Below are positions 1 through 8,948 of a stretch of DNA of 47,797 bases, one piece after another. Within the stretch, counting starts at the first letter, position 1. The number at the start of each line of letters is the position of its first letter. This stretch comes from Candidatus Peribacteraceae bacterium (GTDB taxonomy: Bacteria; Patescibacteriota; Gracilibacteria; Peribacterales; Peribacteraceae). The notes below the pieces were generated by a model, which saw nothing but the letters and a program-made list of their open reading frames with translations, was not told the DNA's origin and searched no databases. The position numbers were made by a program, and so were the translations under genes. The stretch covers positions 1 through 47,797 of the forward strand of contig JALHMU010000001.1 in the NCBI GenBank assembly GCA_022843885.1, written 5' to 3'.

Positions 1-35
1 GAGGATTCATGGCAAAGCAGGATAGCACATTTCCC

Positions 36-404
36 TCATCCAAACACACTCTCTAGCTCTTGAATATGTTCGGTCACACGATCGTTCGAGACACACAGAA
101 TGTCGATTCGACCTGGCCCGTCATAGTTCTGTTCGATGCACCACGCATGAATCGCACGTTGCAGACAGCGCCGCTTTCGCCGGTCGACCGCAAGACGAAT
201 CGGATAGCGTTCATTATTGGTCGAACGTGTTTTCACTTCAAAAAACACCATCATCTTTTCTCCTGGATCAAACGCGATGATATCCAGCTCATCTCGTCCG
301 AACCGGACATTCGTTCCGCGTATCTCAAAGCCCTCTTTCTTCAAAAAATCGACGGCGACTTGCTCACCTTTCATGCCGAGGATGTGAGATGCAGGAAGAT
401 GCAT
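36..404 (-). CDS. yraN: YraN-family (UPF0102) endonuclease-like protein
   Basis: 122 aa. The GEQVAVDFLKKEGFEI...DELDIIAF...MVFFEVKTRS pattern is typical of UPF0102/YraN. It lies divergent from comM, a common pairing. Confidence 0.75.
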   Translation of the reverse strand: MHLPASHILGMKGEQVAVDFLKKEGFEIRGTNVRFGRDELDIIAFDPGEKMMVFFEVKTRSTNNERYPIRLAVDRRKRRCLQRAIHAWCIEQNYDGPGRIDILCVSNDRVTEHIQELESVFG

Positions 405-494
405 TTAGAACATGAGGTCGAAAAAATGTCTTCGGAAAGAGCTTGCCATAAAGGTGTACGAAAGTACACTCAATCTATTCCCTTCTTCTCTCCC

Positions 495-1997
495 ATGCTT
501 ACACAGCTCACCTCCTTTGAAACCGTCGGCATCGAATCCGTTCCTGTGTCCGTCGAAGTTGGCGTCACGCCCACTGCCAGCGAACCAAAGTTTCTCATCG
601 TCGGACTTGGCGACACTGCCGTGCAAGAAAGCAAGCAACGCGTCGCGATGGCACTGAAAAGTTCCGGCTTCAAACTTCCGATGGGTCGCATTCTCAGCGT
701 GAACCTCGCACCTGCACATTTGCGTAAAGCTGGATCACGGTATGACCTTCCAATTGCACTTGGCATTCTCGGAAGTAGTAACATCGTGGATCTTCCACTC
801 GATTTTTTCAAAGATGCGGCCTTCATCGGTGAGCTCGCATTCGATGGATCACTTCGTCACGTGAGTGGTGTGCTTTCCGCAACACTTGCCGCACGCAAAC
901 ACGGCATCAAACGCATGATTGTTCCACTCGTGAATGCGCCGGAAGCAGGACTTGTTCCTGATATCGAAGTTATCCCCGCATCGAACTTGAAAGAACTCAT
1001 CGCGATCCTCAAAGGCGAGATCGCAAAGCCAGTTGTCATTCCACCTGCATCCAGTCCCGTACGTACGGAACACACGATCGACTTCTCGGACGTTCGTGGG
1101 CAACTTGCGGCTAAGCGTGCGCTCGAAATTGCTGCTGCAGGGGGACATAACGTGCTCCTCTCCGGTGCCCCAGGATCAGGTAAAACGCTCTTGGCGAAGG
1201 CATTACGAACTATTCTCCCACCACTCTCACGCGATGAATCACTGGAAGTCACCGGTATTTATTCCGTCGCAAATCTTTTGCCTGCCGGTACACCACTCAT
1301 TTCCGAACGACCCATTCGCACTGTGCATCACACCGCGAGCGGTGTCGCAATTGTTGGTGGTGGACAGATCCCAGGACCGGGCGAAATTTCCCTCGCGCAT
1401 CGTGGTGTGTTGTTCCTTGATGAGCTCGCAGAATTTCCTGCGCAAGTGCTCGAAGTATTACGTCAACCACTCGAAGATCGTCGTATTACGATCAACCGCG
1501 CGCAAGGCACCGTCACATTTCCGGCTGACTTCATTTTAGTTGCTGCGATGAACCCACCGAAGTTTTCTGCAGGCGGAGAACTCAAAATCAAACGTCGTAT
1601 CAGTGCGCCACTTTTGGATCGCATTGATCTCACGATTGACGTGCAATCGGTCGACATCGCCGATCTCCAACAAAAGAAAGATCCGAATGCGGAAACGAGT
1701 GAAACGATTCGTGCACGGGTACTTGCCGCACGTGAACGTCAACTCAAGCGTTTCAAGAATGCACATCTTCGAACCAATAAAGAAATGAGCGTCAGAGACA
1801 TCGAAAAATTCTGTGTGCTTGATGCAAAGAGCGAACAACTCCTCCGTGCTGCCGCGCAAAAATTGGATCTCTCTGCACGCAGTTATCACCGCACCATCAA
1901 AGTCGCTCGTACGATTGCAGACTTGGCTGGAAGTGACGAAATCGCGGTCACACACGTCGCTGAAGCATTGCAGTACAGGCAGTCGATTGGCATTTGA
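495..1997 (+). CDS. comM: ComM/YifB Mg-chelatase-like AAA+ ATPase
   Basis: N-terminal Lon-protease-like domain (MLTQLTSFETVGIESVPVSVEV...), Walker A GAPGSGKT, and LFLDELAEF. The tracked ORF begins at 60 but runs antisense through yraN. ATG 495 gives about 500 aa, the usual length. Confidence 0.85.
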   Translation: MLTQLTSFETVGIESVPVSVEVGVTPTASEPKFLIVGLGDTAVQESKQRVAMALKSSGFKLPMGRILSVNLAPAHLRKAGSRYDLPIALGILGSSNIVDLPLDFFKDAAFIGELAFDGSLRHVSGVLSATLAARKHGIKRMIVPLVNAPEAGLVPDIEVIPASNLKELIAILKGEIAKPVVIPPASSPVRTEHTIDFSDVRGQLAAKRALEIAAAGGHNVLLSGAPGSGKTLLAKALRTILPPLSRDESLEVTGIYSVANLLPAGTPLISERPIRTVHHTASGVAIVGGGQIPGPGEISLAHRGVLFLDELAEFPAQVLEVLRQPLEDRRITINRAQGTVTFPADFILVAAMNPPKFSAGGELKIKRRISAPLLDRIDLTIDVQSVDIADLQQKKDPNAETSETIRARVLAARERQLKRFKNAHLRTNKEMSVRDIEKFCVLDAKSEQLLRAAAQKLDLSARSYHRTIKVARTIADLAGSDEIAVTHVAEALQYRQSIGI

Positions 1998-2093
1998 TAC
2001 GGTGTTTTGACAGGTATATAATTCATGTTGAAGTAACAGTGATCCTTCACGTATCGGCACGATTTTCTTTCAATCTTTTTGTGGAGAATAGTA

Positions 2094-2588
2094 ATGAATA
2101 CGATTCTATCGGATGAAGATCGACATCTCATATTCATGCGCGAAGCCATTCGCCTTTCTCAAGAAGGCATAGATGGCAATCATGGCGGCCCATTCGGCGC
2201 GCTCATCGTACGAGATGGTGAGGTTGTCGGAAGTGGCTACAACCGCGTTCCTTCGTTATCGGATCCTTCGGCACATGCCGAAGTGACCGCGATCCGTGAT
2301 GCCGGTCACAAGCTGAAGAATCCGCATCTCGAAGGATGTGTGCTGTATACATCCTGTCAACCTTGTCCGATGTGTCTCGGTGCAACTCTTTGGGCGCACA
2401 TCGAAAAAATCTATTACGCCGCGACGGAGCAAGATGCGGCAGAGATAGGATTCGATGATGCGAACTTTTACCGACGGCTGGGGTTTGTCTACACCAAGGT
2501 CGAGATCCCGATGGTCAACTTGCTTCGCGAAGAAGCTGTTACTGTCATGCAAAAGTGGTTCACGAAGCAATATCGGATCCGCTACTAG
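2094..2588 (+). CDS. guaD: CDA-fold guanine deaminase-like nucleoside/nucleotide deaminase
   Basis: HAEVTAIR ... CxLYTSCQPCPMCLGA ... DAAEIGFDD closely follows my memory of Bacillus GuaD. GGAG at 2083-2086 sits 7 nt before ATG 2094. The tracked start at 2079 is TTG. Confidence 0.7.
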   Translation: MNTILSDEDRHLIFMREAIRLSQEGIDGNHGGPFGALIVRDGEVVGSGYNRVPSLSDPSAHAEVTAIRDAGHKLKNPHLEGCVLYTSCQPCPMCLGATLWAHIEKIYYAATEQDAAEIGFDDANFYRRLGFVYTKVEIPMVNLLREEAVTVMQKWFTKQYRIRY

Positions 2589-2665
2589 CAAACGATGAAT
2601 CGTGCCATGCAGCTCCTGTAGCTGCAAACTTTAGGGCTCTCAACGTGAGGGCCTTTTCTTATGCT

Positions 2666-3517
2666 ATGATCCATTCGATGCACTTCGCAGACGCACTACA
2701 GGCCAAGATCAACGCAACATCCCCCGTGTGTGTCGGGCTGGATCCGATCGTTTCCAAGCTCCCAGAAGGAGTCGAGAAGTCGGTCGCAGGTGTGAAAGAT
2801 TTTTGTATCGGCATCATCGATAGCACGAAAGACATCGCGTCATCCGTGAAGCCGCAGATGGCATACTTTGAATTGCTCGGTTGGGAAGGAATGAAAGTGT
2901 TTTGGGAAGTGTGTGCGTATGCAAAAAAACAAGGACTCATCGTTATCGCAGATGGAAAGCGCAATGACATCGGCTCAACCTGCGAAGCCTACGCCGATGC
3001 GTATCTCTTCAAAGATTCTCCGATCGATGCACTGACCGTGTCGCCATATCTCGGATCAGATGGCATCAATCCATTCATCGAACGTTGCGAGAAAAACGAA
3101 AAAGGTATCTTCGTCCTTGTGAAGACAAGCAACGCGAGCTCCGGTGAACTGCAAGATCTTCCGGTTGGAGATGAGGCCGTGCATGAACACATGGCACAGC
3201 TTGTCGAAAGTTGGGCGGCACAGAAGATCGGACCAACCACAAATCTCTCCTTCATCGGTGCTGTCGTTGGCGCAACGTATCCGGAAGAACTCAAATATCT
3301 CCGCACGCTCATGTCGCACGTTCCGTTCCTGATCCCAGGCTACGGTGCACAAGGCGGTGGAGCAGAAGATGCCAAGTACGGCTTCTTGCCAGATGGCACA
3401 GGTGCCATCGTCAACGCGGCACGTTCCATCAACTACGCATCAAGCAAAGCAGACTGGCGTGATGCAGCACATGCTGCAGCGGTTGCAATGCGTGACGATC
3501 TTCAGAAGGTTCGTTAG
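2666..3517 (+). CDS. pyrF: Orotidine 5'-phosphate decarboxylase, type 2
   Basis: Motifs VCVGLDP, KPQMAYFE, VIADGKRNDIGST, VSPYLGSDG. The start was moved to ATG 2666 to avoid overlapping the upstream gene. Confidence 0.85.
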   Translation: MIHSMHFADALQAKINATSPVCVGLDPIVSKLPEGVEKSVAGVKDFCIGIIDSTKDIASSVKPQMAYFELLGWEGMKVFWEVCAYAKKQGLIVIADGKRNDIGSTCEAYADAYLFKDSPIDALTVSPYLGSDGINPFIERCEKNEKGIFVLVKTSNASSGELQDLPVGDEAVHEHMAQLVESWAAQKIGPTTNLSFIGAVVGATYPEELKYLRTLMSHVPFLIPGYGAQGGGAEDAKYGFLPDGTGAIVNAARSINYASSKADWRDAAHAAAVAMRDDLQKVR

Positions 3518-5175
3518 TACGACAACGTCGGACCTTCGGCAATCGGTGCCGGCAACGCAATCCAGCGGAACTGACCAGCTTCGTCCGTCCATTGAATGCT
3601 GCCGAATTCACTCGTGGATCCTGCTTTGTCGAGTGTCACTTTCACCGTACCGGTCGCACCGTTCGGAATCTGTACATCGGCGCGAAGCTCAAGTGCACGT
3701 CCGCTTGCGTCGACACTTCCGATAGACGTCGGAATGATCGGACAGCGGATGCCTTCCTGTGTCATCGTGCATTCCGCAACGCCGACTGAACCCGGAGATG
3801 ATAGTCGCATGTTCGAAAGCTGCACGTTTCCGGTGATTGCCGGCGTGAAGAGAATCGAAGATAGGAACACACGCTTGCTCGGTGCAACTTTTGCAATCAC
3901 ATCAAATCCGCCGAGCAATTTGCCTGTACCGCTTTGCAATGTGCCTGTGGCGTTTCCACGTCGTTTCACCGAACTGATGGTGCCGTAGGACGTCTGGTGC
4001 GCAGGGAATGGTGCAGGGAACACGATTTCCGATGTGATGCCCGTTTGCTTGCCATAGATCGACATGCTGAATGTTTGCATCTGGAAAAATTGCTCCGAGC
4101 CACCGCCGTTTTCCGGAGTTTTCATATTGGCCAACGCGACAAAGCGATAGCTCATGTTTGGTTGCAATAAGAAACCCGAACCGATGTTCGTAAATTCATA
4201 AATGCGTTTGTAGTTCGCAACATCAGACGTGATGCGTCGCTTCAAAGAAATCACCTGCACGCCGGAACTCGTCACAATCTCGATCGATTCCAATGCTGGA
4301 ACTTCCTGCAACAGCACGATCTTTGCAGAACGAACTTCTGTCGGTTCTGTTTGCGCAGGCAATCCGACATCCGCAGCTGGCGTCGCAAGTCCTGCAACCA
4401 AGAATGTATTTTTCACCGGCAAGTCATACAACGATGTCTTCACGCTGGAAGAAGATGATGAACTTGAAGATGACGAAGAAGAGGAAAATGAGCTCGAAGA
4501 CGAAGAGCTGCTAGAACTGGAGGAACTACTTGAAGAGCTCCACTTGCCGCGCTCTGCAGCACGATATTCAGAGAGTTTGCCTTGTGATTCCGAGAGGAAT
4601 GCTGCGGCTAAACGTGACATCTGTCCACGTGTCAGTCCTGCATCAAATGCAATCGCAATGGGAAGTTCTACACCCTTATTTTTTGCAGAACGGTAGTACA
4701 CGTCGTACCAATTCGGGCTGGCCATCTTATCCATCGGATAGTTGTACAGCTCGACCATGATCTTGAGTGCTTCGGCATAGTTCACCGTATTAGCCGGGCG
4801 GAATTTTCCATCCGGATATCCTCCTACGATCAGATTTTCCTTCGCGTAACACACGTATCGACTGAACCAATCATTCGCCTGCACATCCGGAAAGCAGTTA
4901 TCAGAATCAGTAGTGGCGACAGTAGTACCAGAGTGACTTTCCAGAACGATCTTGAGGAATTCAGCACGATTCAACGTTTGATTCGGGCGGAATGTTCCGT
5001 CGCTGTAGCCCTCCAGTACCCCTTCCGAGGTGAGCAGACCGATAGCTGCTGCTTCGGCGGAGCCTTTACGGACATCCGTATACGGAACGTTGCTACCGGT
5101 GAAATCGAGCGCTGCGGCTGCGATCGGCAATGCGAACGTGAGGAGAGTAAAAAGGGAGAGGGTGCGGTTTTTCAT
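3514..5175 (-). CDS. SLH-domain surface (S-layer-type) protein with poly-Ser linker
   Basis: Signal peptide MKNRTLSLFTLLTFALPIAAAA. Three SLH-like repeats (e.g. GYSDGTFRPNQTLNRAEFLKIV and GYPDGKFRPANTVNYAEALKIM). A 32-codon Ser tract is followed by a beta-rich C-terminal region of about 300 aa. Confidence 0.7.
   Translation of the reverse strand: MKNRTLSLFTLLTFALPIAAAALDFTGSNVPYTDVRKGSAEAAAIGLLTSEGVLEGYSDGTFRPNQTLNRAEFLKIVLESHSGTTVATTDSDNCFPDVQANDWFSRYVCYAKENLIVGGYPDGKFRPANTVNYAEALKIMVELYNYPMDKMASPNWYDVYYRSAKNKGVELPIAIAFDAGLTRGQMSRLAAAFLSESQGKLSEYRAAERGKWSSSSSSSSSSSSSSSSSFSSSSSSSSSSSSSSVKTSLYDLPVKNTFLVAGLATPAADVGLPAQTEPTEVRSAKIVLLQEVPALESIEIVTSSGVQVISLKRRITSDVANYKRIYEFTNIGSGFLLQPNMSYRFVALANMKTPENGGGSEQFFQMQTFSMSIYGKQTGITSEIVFPAPFPAHQTSYGTISSVKRRGNATGTLQSGTGKLLGGFDVIAKVAPSKRVFLSSILFTPAITGNVQLSNMRLSSPGSVGVAECTMTQEGIRCPIIPTSIGSVDASGRALELRADVQIPNGATGTVKVTLDKAGSTSEFGSIQWTDEAGQFRWIALPAPIAEGPTLSY
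4444..4539 (-). repeat. Low-complexity poly-Ser coding tract (31 Ser and 1 Phe)
   Basis: Read codon by codon on the minus strand. All six Ser codons are interspersed, so there is no perfect DNA-level tandem repeat. Confidence 0.9.
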
Positions 5176-5273
5176 AGACCCTCAGCATAGCAGACCTCGC
5201 AATGCACACGAGTCTTTCGCATTCTTTTTCCATTTTGCCCGGGCTCTGTTTTGTTTTACGATTGTCTAAACAT

Positions 5274-5453
5274 ATGCAAATTCTCTTTTTCTCGGTCATT
5301 GCGCTGCTCCTTGTTGCTCTCACTGCAGCGGTATGGAAAGAGCATGGAAAAATTCACGCAATCGTCATCACGACGATTTCCGTTCTGCTCATCGGCATTT
5401 TTTACATCGTCTATTTAACTATTTTAGCTGATACCACTTCCTCATTTTTATGA
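5274..5453 (+). CDS. Small hydrophobic membrane protein (59 aa)
   Basis: MQILFFSVIALLLVALTAAVW...ISVLLIGIFYIVYLTIL gives two predicted TM segments. The first in-frame ATG of the tracked ORF 5202-5453 is at 5202; 5274 is the second in-frame ATG. Confidence 0.35.
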   Translation: MQILFFSVIALLLVALTAAVWKEHGKIHAIVITTISVLLIGIFYIVYLTILADTTSSFL

Positions 5454-5614
5454 AAAAACCTGAATCCTGGTTGTATTCCGACTCCTTCCTCAAACGTGCC
5501 TTCGCGATCTGGGGACATTATTTCGTCGCAAACATGATCATTGGCGCAGTCATCTTTGCCGTTGCATTCATGTTTGTCCTCGCGTTTGCAGGAATCGCGG
5601 CGGTGTATCAATAA
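5450..5614 (+). CDS. Small membrane protein (54 aa), absent from the ORF track
   Basis: ATGA overlap with the preceding ORF (ATG 5450, TGA 5451-5453). Sequence MKKPESWLYSDSFLKRAFAIWGHYFVANMIIGAVIFAVAFMFVLAFAGIAAVYQ. Confidence 0.3.
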   Translation: MKKPESWLYSDSFLKRAFAIWGHYFVANMIIGAVIFAVAFMFVLAFAGIAAVYQ

Positions 5615-5619
5615 ATTCT

Positions 5620-6444
5620 TTAGGGAATCGTTTGCACCGAAGGTGCGTCTTTAAAGCGCATGTACAATTTTGTGCCCACACCAAGTATCAACAGACGCTG
5701 CGAGGCGTTATAGAGCGAGCCAAGTGCGCAAACCCCCCAAAACAGGAGTGCGCCGATATAGATATTGGGTGCACCGGCTACGCTTAGTAACCCAAAACCC
5801 ATGATAATGAAAACGACACATCCCATCGCAGATCTTCGTAACTGCGTCGCTGAAAATGATGAATAGGTTTTATCGGCCTGGATGATCAGTTGTAATGCTG
5901 TATCGAGAGCATCTTTTGTAGAAACGTTTTCGAAAACAAGTACGATCTGAAAAATTTCCGACGGCTGAAGGTGCTGTTTATTTCGCAGCAGATAACGAAA
6001 TCCTTTCACGATACTGTATGCAAATGCGTGTGGCTGCGCACCGAGGATTTGTAAAACAGGCCTTGCACCTTTGCGCAGTCCCTCAAAAAAGGTTGTGTGA
6101 CGGTTTTGAATCTTGCATCCCATGCTCCAGATACAGGCATTCATACATGTCACCGAGAAAAACATGCCAATGAAGAGAAGAAATGCGAAGACGAAGAAAA
6201 AAAGTATTCCATATAGAATTGGCGCACCCTCCAGGCCTGTTTGAAGCGTGAGTACCAATGCCGTAGGATTTTCTTTCGGAAGAAAGATAAAGACGAGTAT
6301 AAAAAAGAAAATCAACCAGATCGCACCGATAACTGTTCGTAACACTGCAAAACAAAAGAGATACACCCAAATCCTGAAACTTTCCCATGCCAGAGCTTGG
6401 GCTTCCGAAAACAAGGAGTCGGCACTTTCCAATTGATGTTCCAT
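5620..6444 (-). CDS. Multi-pass membrane protein, unknown function
   Basis: 274 aa with several long hydrophobic segments and no recognisable motif. Confidence 0.5.
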   Translation of the reverse strand: MEHQLESADSLFSEAQALAWESFRIWVYLFCFAVLRTVIGAIWLIFFFILVFIFLPKENPTALVLTLQTGLEGAPILYGILFFFVFAFLLFIGMFFSVTCMNACIWSMGCKIQNRHTTFFEGLRKGARPVLQILGAQPHAFAYSIVKGFRYLLRNKQHLQPSEIFQIVLVFENVSTKDALDTALQLIIQADKTYSSFSATQLRRSAMGCVVFIIMGFGLLSVAGAPNIYIGALLFWGVCALGSLYNASQRLLILGVGTKLYMRFKDAPSVQTIP

Positions 6445-6481
6445 AGAGAGATTCTATCAGGCTGAACGTACAATTTCACGT

Positions 6482-6555
6482 TGGTGACCCTGGCGGGAAT
6501 CGAACCTGCATTTACCCCTTAGGAGAGGGTCGTTCTGTCATTGAACTACAGGGTC
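6482..6555 (-). tRNA. tRNA-Arg (anticodon CCT)
   Basis: Hand-folded cloverleaf of 74 nt: acceptor GACCCTG/CAGGGTC, anticodon stem ACCCT/GGGGT, loop CTCCTAA, T-loop TTCGATT, encoded CCA. The D-loop AATGACA lacks GG and the T-stem has one A-C mismatch. Confidence 0.75.
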
Positions 6556-6597
6556 ACGTAAAAAGACCGTGAGCATCTGCGCGTTACATGTGTGCGC

Positions 6598-7125
6598 TTA
6601 GCTCAAGATGATCGTTTTCCTCGTGTCGGTCGGGAGTGAACTGGATTGCAGTTTCACTTCAGAGACAGTTTCCGGATCAGCAGATCCGCATGCTTTTGCG
6701 ATGGCACCGATATCGGCTTTTTCTCCTGCGATGAGAACAAGAACGCGTGGATCGACCGATTCAACGAGCGCCTTCACAGCCTTCGCTTCATCGGCACGGA
6801 CGACTAAAATGCCCGTATCACCGAGACGTTCAAGATCTGCGTCGCTCCAAGGCAAGACTGGCTCGTCAACAAATGCGATACGCATTCCTTCTGCATCACA
6901 GACGAAAGAAATCTGCTTTCCATCTTCCTGACCGATGCCGCGAATGAACATTTCATCAAAGTCATATTCACCCGGCCAACAGACGATGTTCTGACTGAAT
7001 TCTTCCATCGGATGACTGACAAGCATGCGAGCTTTTCCTTCCGGCTTGTCCGGAAAGACGAGGAAGGTGGACGACTTGGTCGTCACTTCGCATGCGCTGC
7101 CTTTGCTGAGGGCGATCTTCACCAT
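6598..7125 (-). CDS. Hypothetical protein (possibly a degenerate MBL-fold/UPF0173-like protein)
   Basis: 175 aa. PGEYDFDEMFIRGI resembles the UPF0173 family, but no HxHxDH metal motif is visible. Confidence 0.45.
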   Translation of the reverse strand: MVKIALSKGSACEVTTKSSTFLVFPDKPEGKARMLVSHPMEEFSQNIVCWPGEYDFDEMFIRGIGQEDGKQISFVCDAEGMRIAFVDEPVLPWSDADLERLGDTGILVVRADEAKAVKALVESVDPRVLVLIAGEKADIGAIAKACGSADPETVSEVKLQSSSLPTDTRKTIILS

Positions 7126-7176
7126 AGGGCGCTATCCTAGCGCAAAGAACAGACGAGTAAAAGAGCCGTTCGGGCC

Positions 7177-8439
7177 TTATTCTTCCTCTTCTCGAGTGAT
7201 CTTGGCACCGAGTTTCGTGAGCTTTTCTTCCAGCTTCTCGTAGCCACGTTCGATGTAATGCACGTCTGTGATGACGGTCTCACCTTCTGCGCAGAGGGCA
7301 GCAATCACCATTGCGACACCGGCACGAATGTCGTTACTTGCAACCGTGCGACCGCTGAGCTTCGTCGGACCGATGATCAAAGCCTGGTGTGCGTTCAGAA
7401 TTTCGATGTGCGCACCCATCTTCTCCAGTTCATAGAGATATGCCATGCGGCCTTCGTACAAGATTTCAAAAATACGTGAGACACCTTTGGCCTGCGTCAT
7501 CATGACACCGAATGGTGCCTGTAAGTCTGTCGGGAAACCCGGGAAAATATTCGTCTGAATTTTGACGCCACACAAATCCGACTTTGCCCCATCGACGATG
7601 AGCGTTCCATCTTTGCCCCACGAGAACACACCGTTGGCGCGCTTGGTTGCGTCCAAGAATGAGATCAAATGTTCACGCACAACACCGTGTAGCGTGAGTC
7701 TTCCTTTCGTCACGAGTGCCGCGAGGATGAATGCTCCCGCTTCGAGATAATCCGAGATGACCGTGTGCTCACCCGGAGTCAGCTTTCCACCTTCGATCAC
7801 CAATGTGTGCGTTCCAGTATCCGTTACCTTTGCACCACGATTATTCAAAAATAATTCCACATCTTTCACGTGCGGCTCCGATGCGGACATGTGGATCGTC
7901 GTTGTGCCAGGGAGGAGTGCCGCTGCGAGCATCACATTTTCCGTCGCTGTGACGGAGAATTCAGACAAGATCACTTCTCCCGCTTTCAGTTTTCCTTCCA
8001 ATCGTAAGACGTCGTTCGTGCTCGTGTCTTTCGCACCCAGTTGCATCAGCGCAAGTGTGTGCGCGGAGACAGGACGCTTTCCAAGCACGCATCCACCCGG
8101 GTAGGCCATCTCAACTTTGCCGAAACGTGCCAAGAGTGGTCCAAGGAGCACAATCGATCCGCGTAACTTCGATACCATTTCATGTGGGATCGCTTTATTC
8201 TCGATCTTTGTCGCATCAATCGTCACCGTATTTCCTTCGAAGGTTGTCTTCGCACCAAGGAATTCCAAAATTGATAACATCGTGAAGATATCTCGAAGGC
8301 GTGGCACGTTTTGGAACGTCGATACTCCGGCACACAAAAGTGAACCGGCCAACAGTGGCAATGCGGCATTTTTGGAGCCACTCATCTGTACGTCTCCCGT
8401 GAGCGGTGTTCCGCCCTGAATGCGGTAGCGAATCGTCAT
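7177..8439 (-). CDS. murA: UDP-N-acetylglucosamine 1-carboxyvinyltransferase
   Basis: IRYRIQGGTPLTGDVQMSGSKNAALPLL, the catalytic-Cys context YPGGCVLGKRPV, and C-terminal HYIERGYEKLEEKL. ATG at 8439; the tracked start at 8451 is TTG. Confidence 0.9.
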   Translation of the reverse strand: MTIRYRIQGGTPLTGDVQMSGSKNAALPLLAGSLLCAGVSTFQNVPRLRDIFTMLSILEFLGAKTTFEGNTVTIDATKIENKAIPHEMVSKLRGSIVLLGPLLARFGKVEMAYPGGCVLGKRPVSAHTLALMQLGAKDTSTNDVLRLEGKLKAGEVILSEFSVTATENVMLAAALLPGTTTIHMSASEPHVKDVELFLNNRGAKVTDTGTHTLVIEGGKLTPGEHTVISDYLEAGAFILAALVTKGRLTLHGVVREHLISFLDATKRANGVFSWGKDGTLIVDGAKSDLCGVKIQTNIFPGFPTDLQAPFGVMMTQAKGVSRIFEILYEGRMAYLYELEKMGAHIEILNAHQALIIGPTKLSGRTVASNDIRAGVAMVIAALCAEGETVITDVHYIERGYEKLEEKLTKLGAKITREEEE

Positions 8440-8478
8440 AAAGTGAGACAAGAGGATAGCGTACGGACCCCTGAAAAA

Positions 8479-8898
8479 CTACCGATCGAAGAAACTTTCT
8501 ATGATCAGGAAGGCGACTCCGATGCAAATGGCTGAATCTGCGATATTAAAGGTTGGGAATGTGCCTACGGAGATAAAGTCCGTCACCGTTCCATCCAGAT
8601 AGCGGTCGACCAAATTCGCGACCGCACCCCCTAAAATAAGGCCGAATGCGACCGCACGATTTTTTGATTCCTGATGAAAATACGCTGCAATTGCGACAAG
8701 AATGAGCGCTACAACGATGATGCGCGTTTGCCATGGATCCGGAATACGGAGGCCAAATGCCACTCCAGGATTATGTGAAAGTTGTAATCCAAAAAATCCA
8801 GGCACGAAATTGATGCGCCCCTGAATGTTTTCCGCGAGTCGCATGGCAAGCAGCGACACGGAGGTTGTGGCCAAAAATGTGATGAGCAATGCAGGCAT
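8479..8898 (-). CDS. lspA: Lipoprotein signal peptidase II
   Basis: NPGVAFGL, GGAVANLVDR, VTDFISVG, FNIADSAI. Confidence 0.85.
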   Translation of the reverse strand: MPALLITFLATTSVSLLAMRLAENIQGRINFVPGFFGLQLSHNPGVAFGLRIPDPWQTRIIVVALILVAIAAYFHQESKNRAVAFGLILGGAVANLVDRYLDGTVTDFISVGTFPTFNIADSAICIGVAFLIIESFFDR

Positions 8899-8948
8899 AG
8901 AGTGAGCTTACAGCAATTCCTTTTGGCGCGTCGAGCAAGCTGTACTAG

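Noticed and set aside
60-494. N-terminal 145-aa extension of the comM ORF
   Set aside because: It runs antisense through the yraN coding region and has no similarity to ComM. The canonical ComM N-terminus begins at ATG 495.
4229-4696. Plus-strand ORF encoding an acidic E/D/L-rich peptide (EEDDELEDDEEEENELEDEELLELEELLEEL)
   Set aside because: It is the mirror image of the poly-Ser tract of the minus-strand SLH protein, whose domain structure is convincing.
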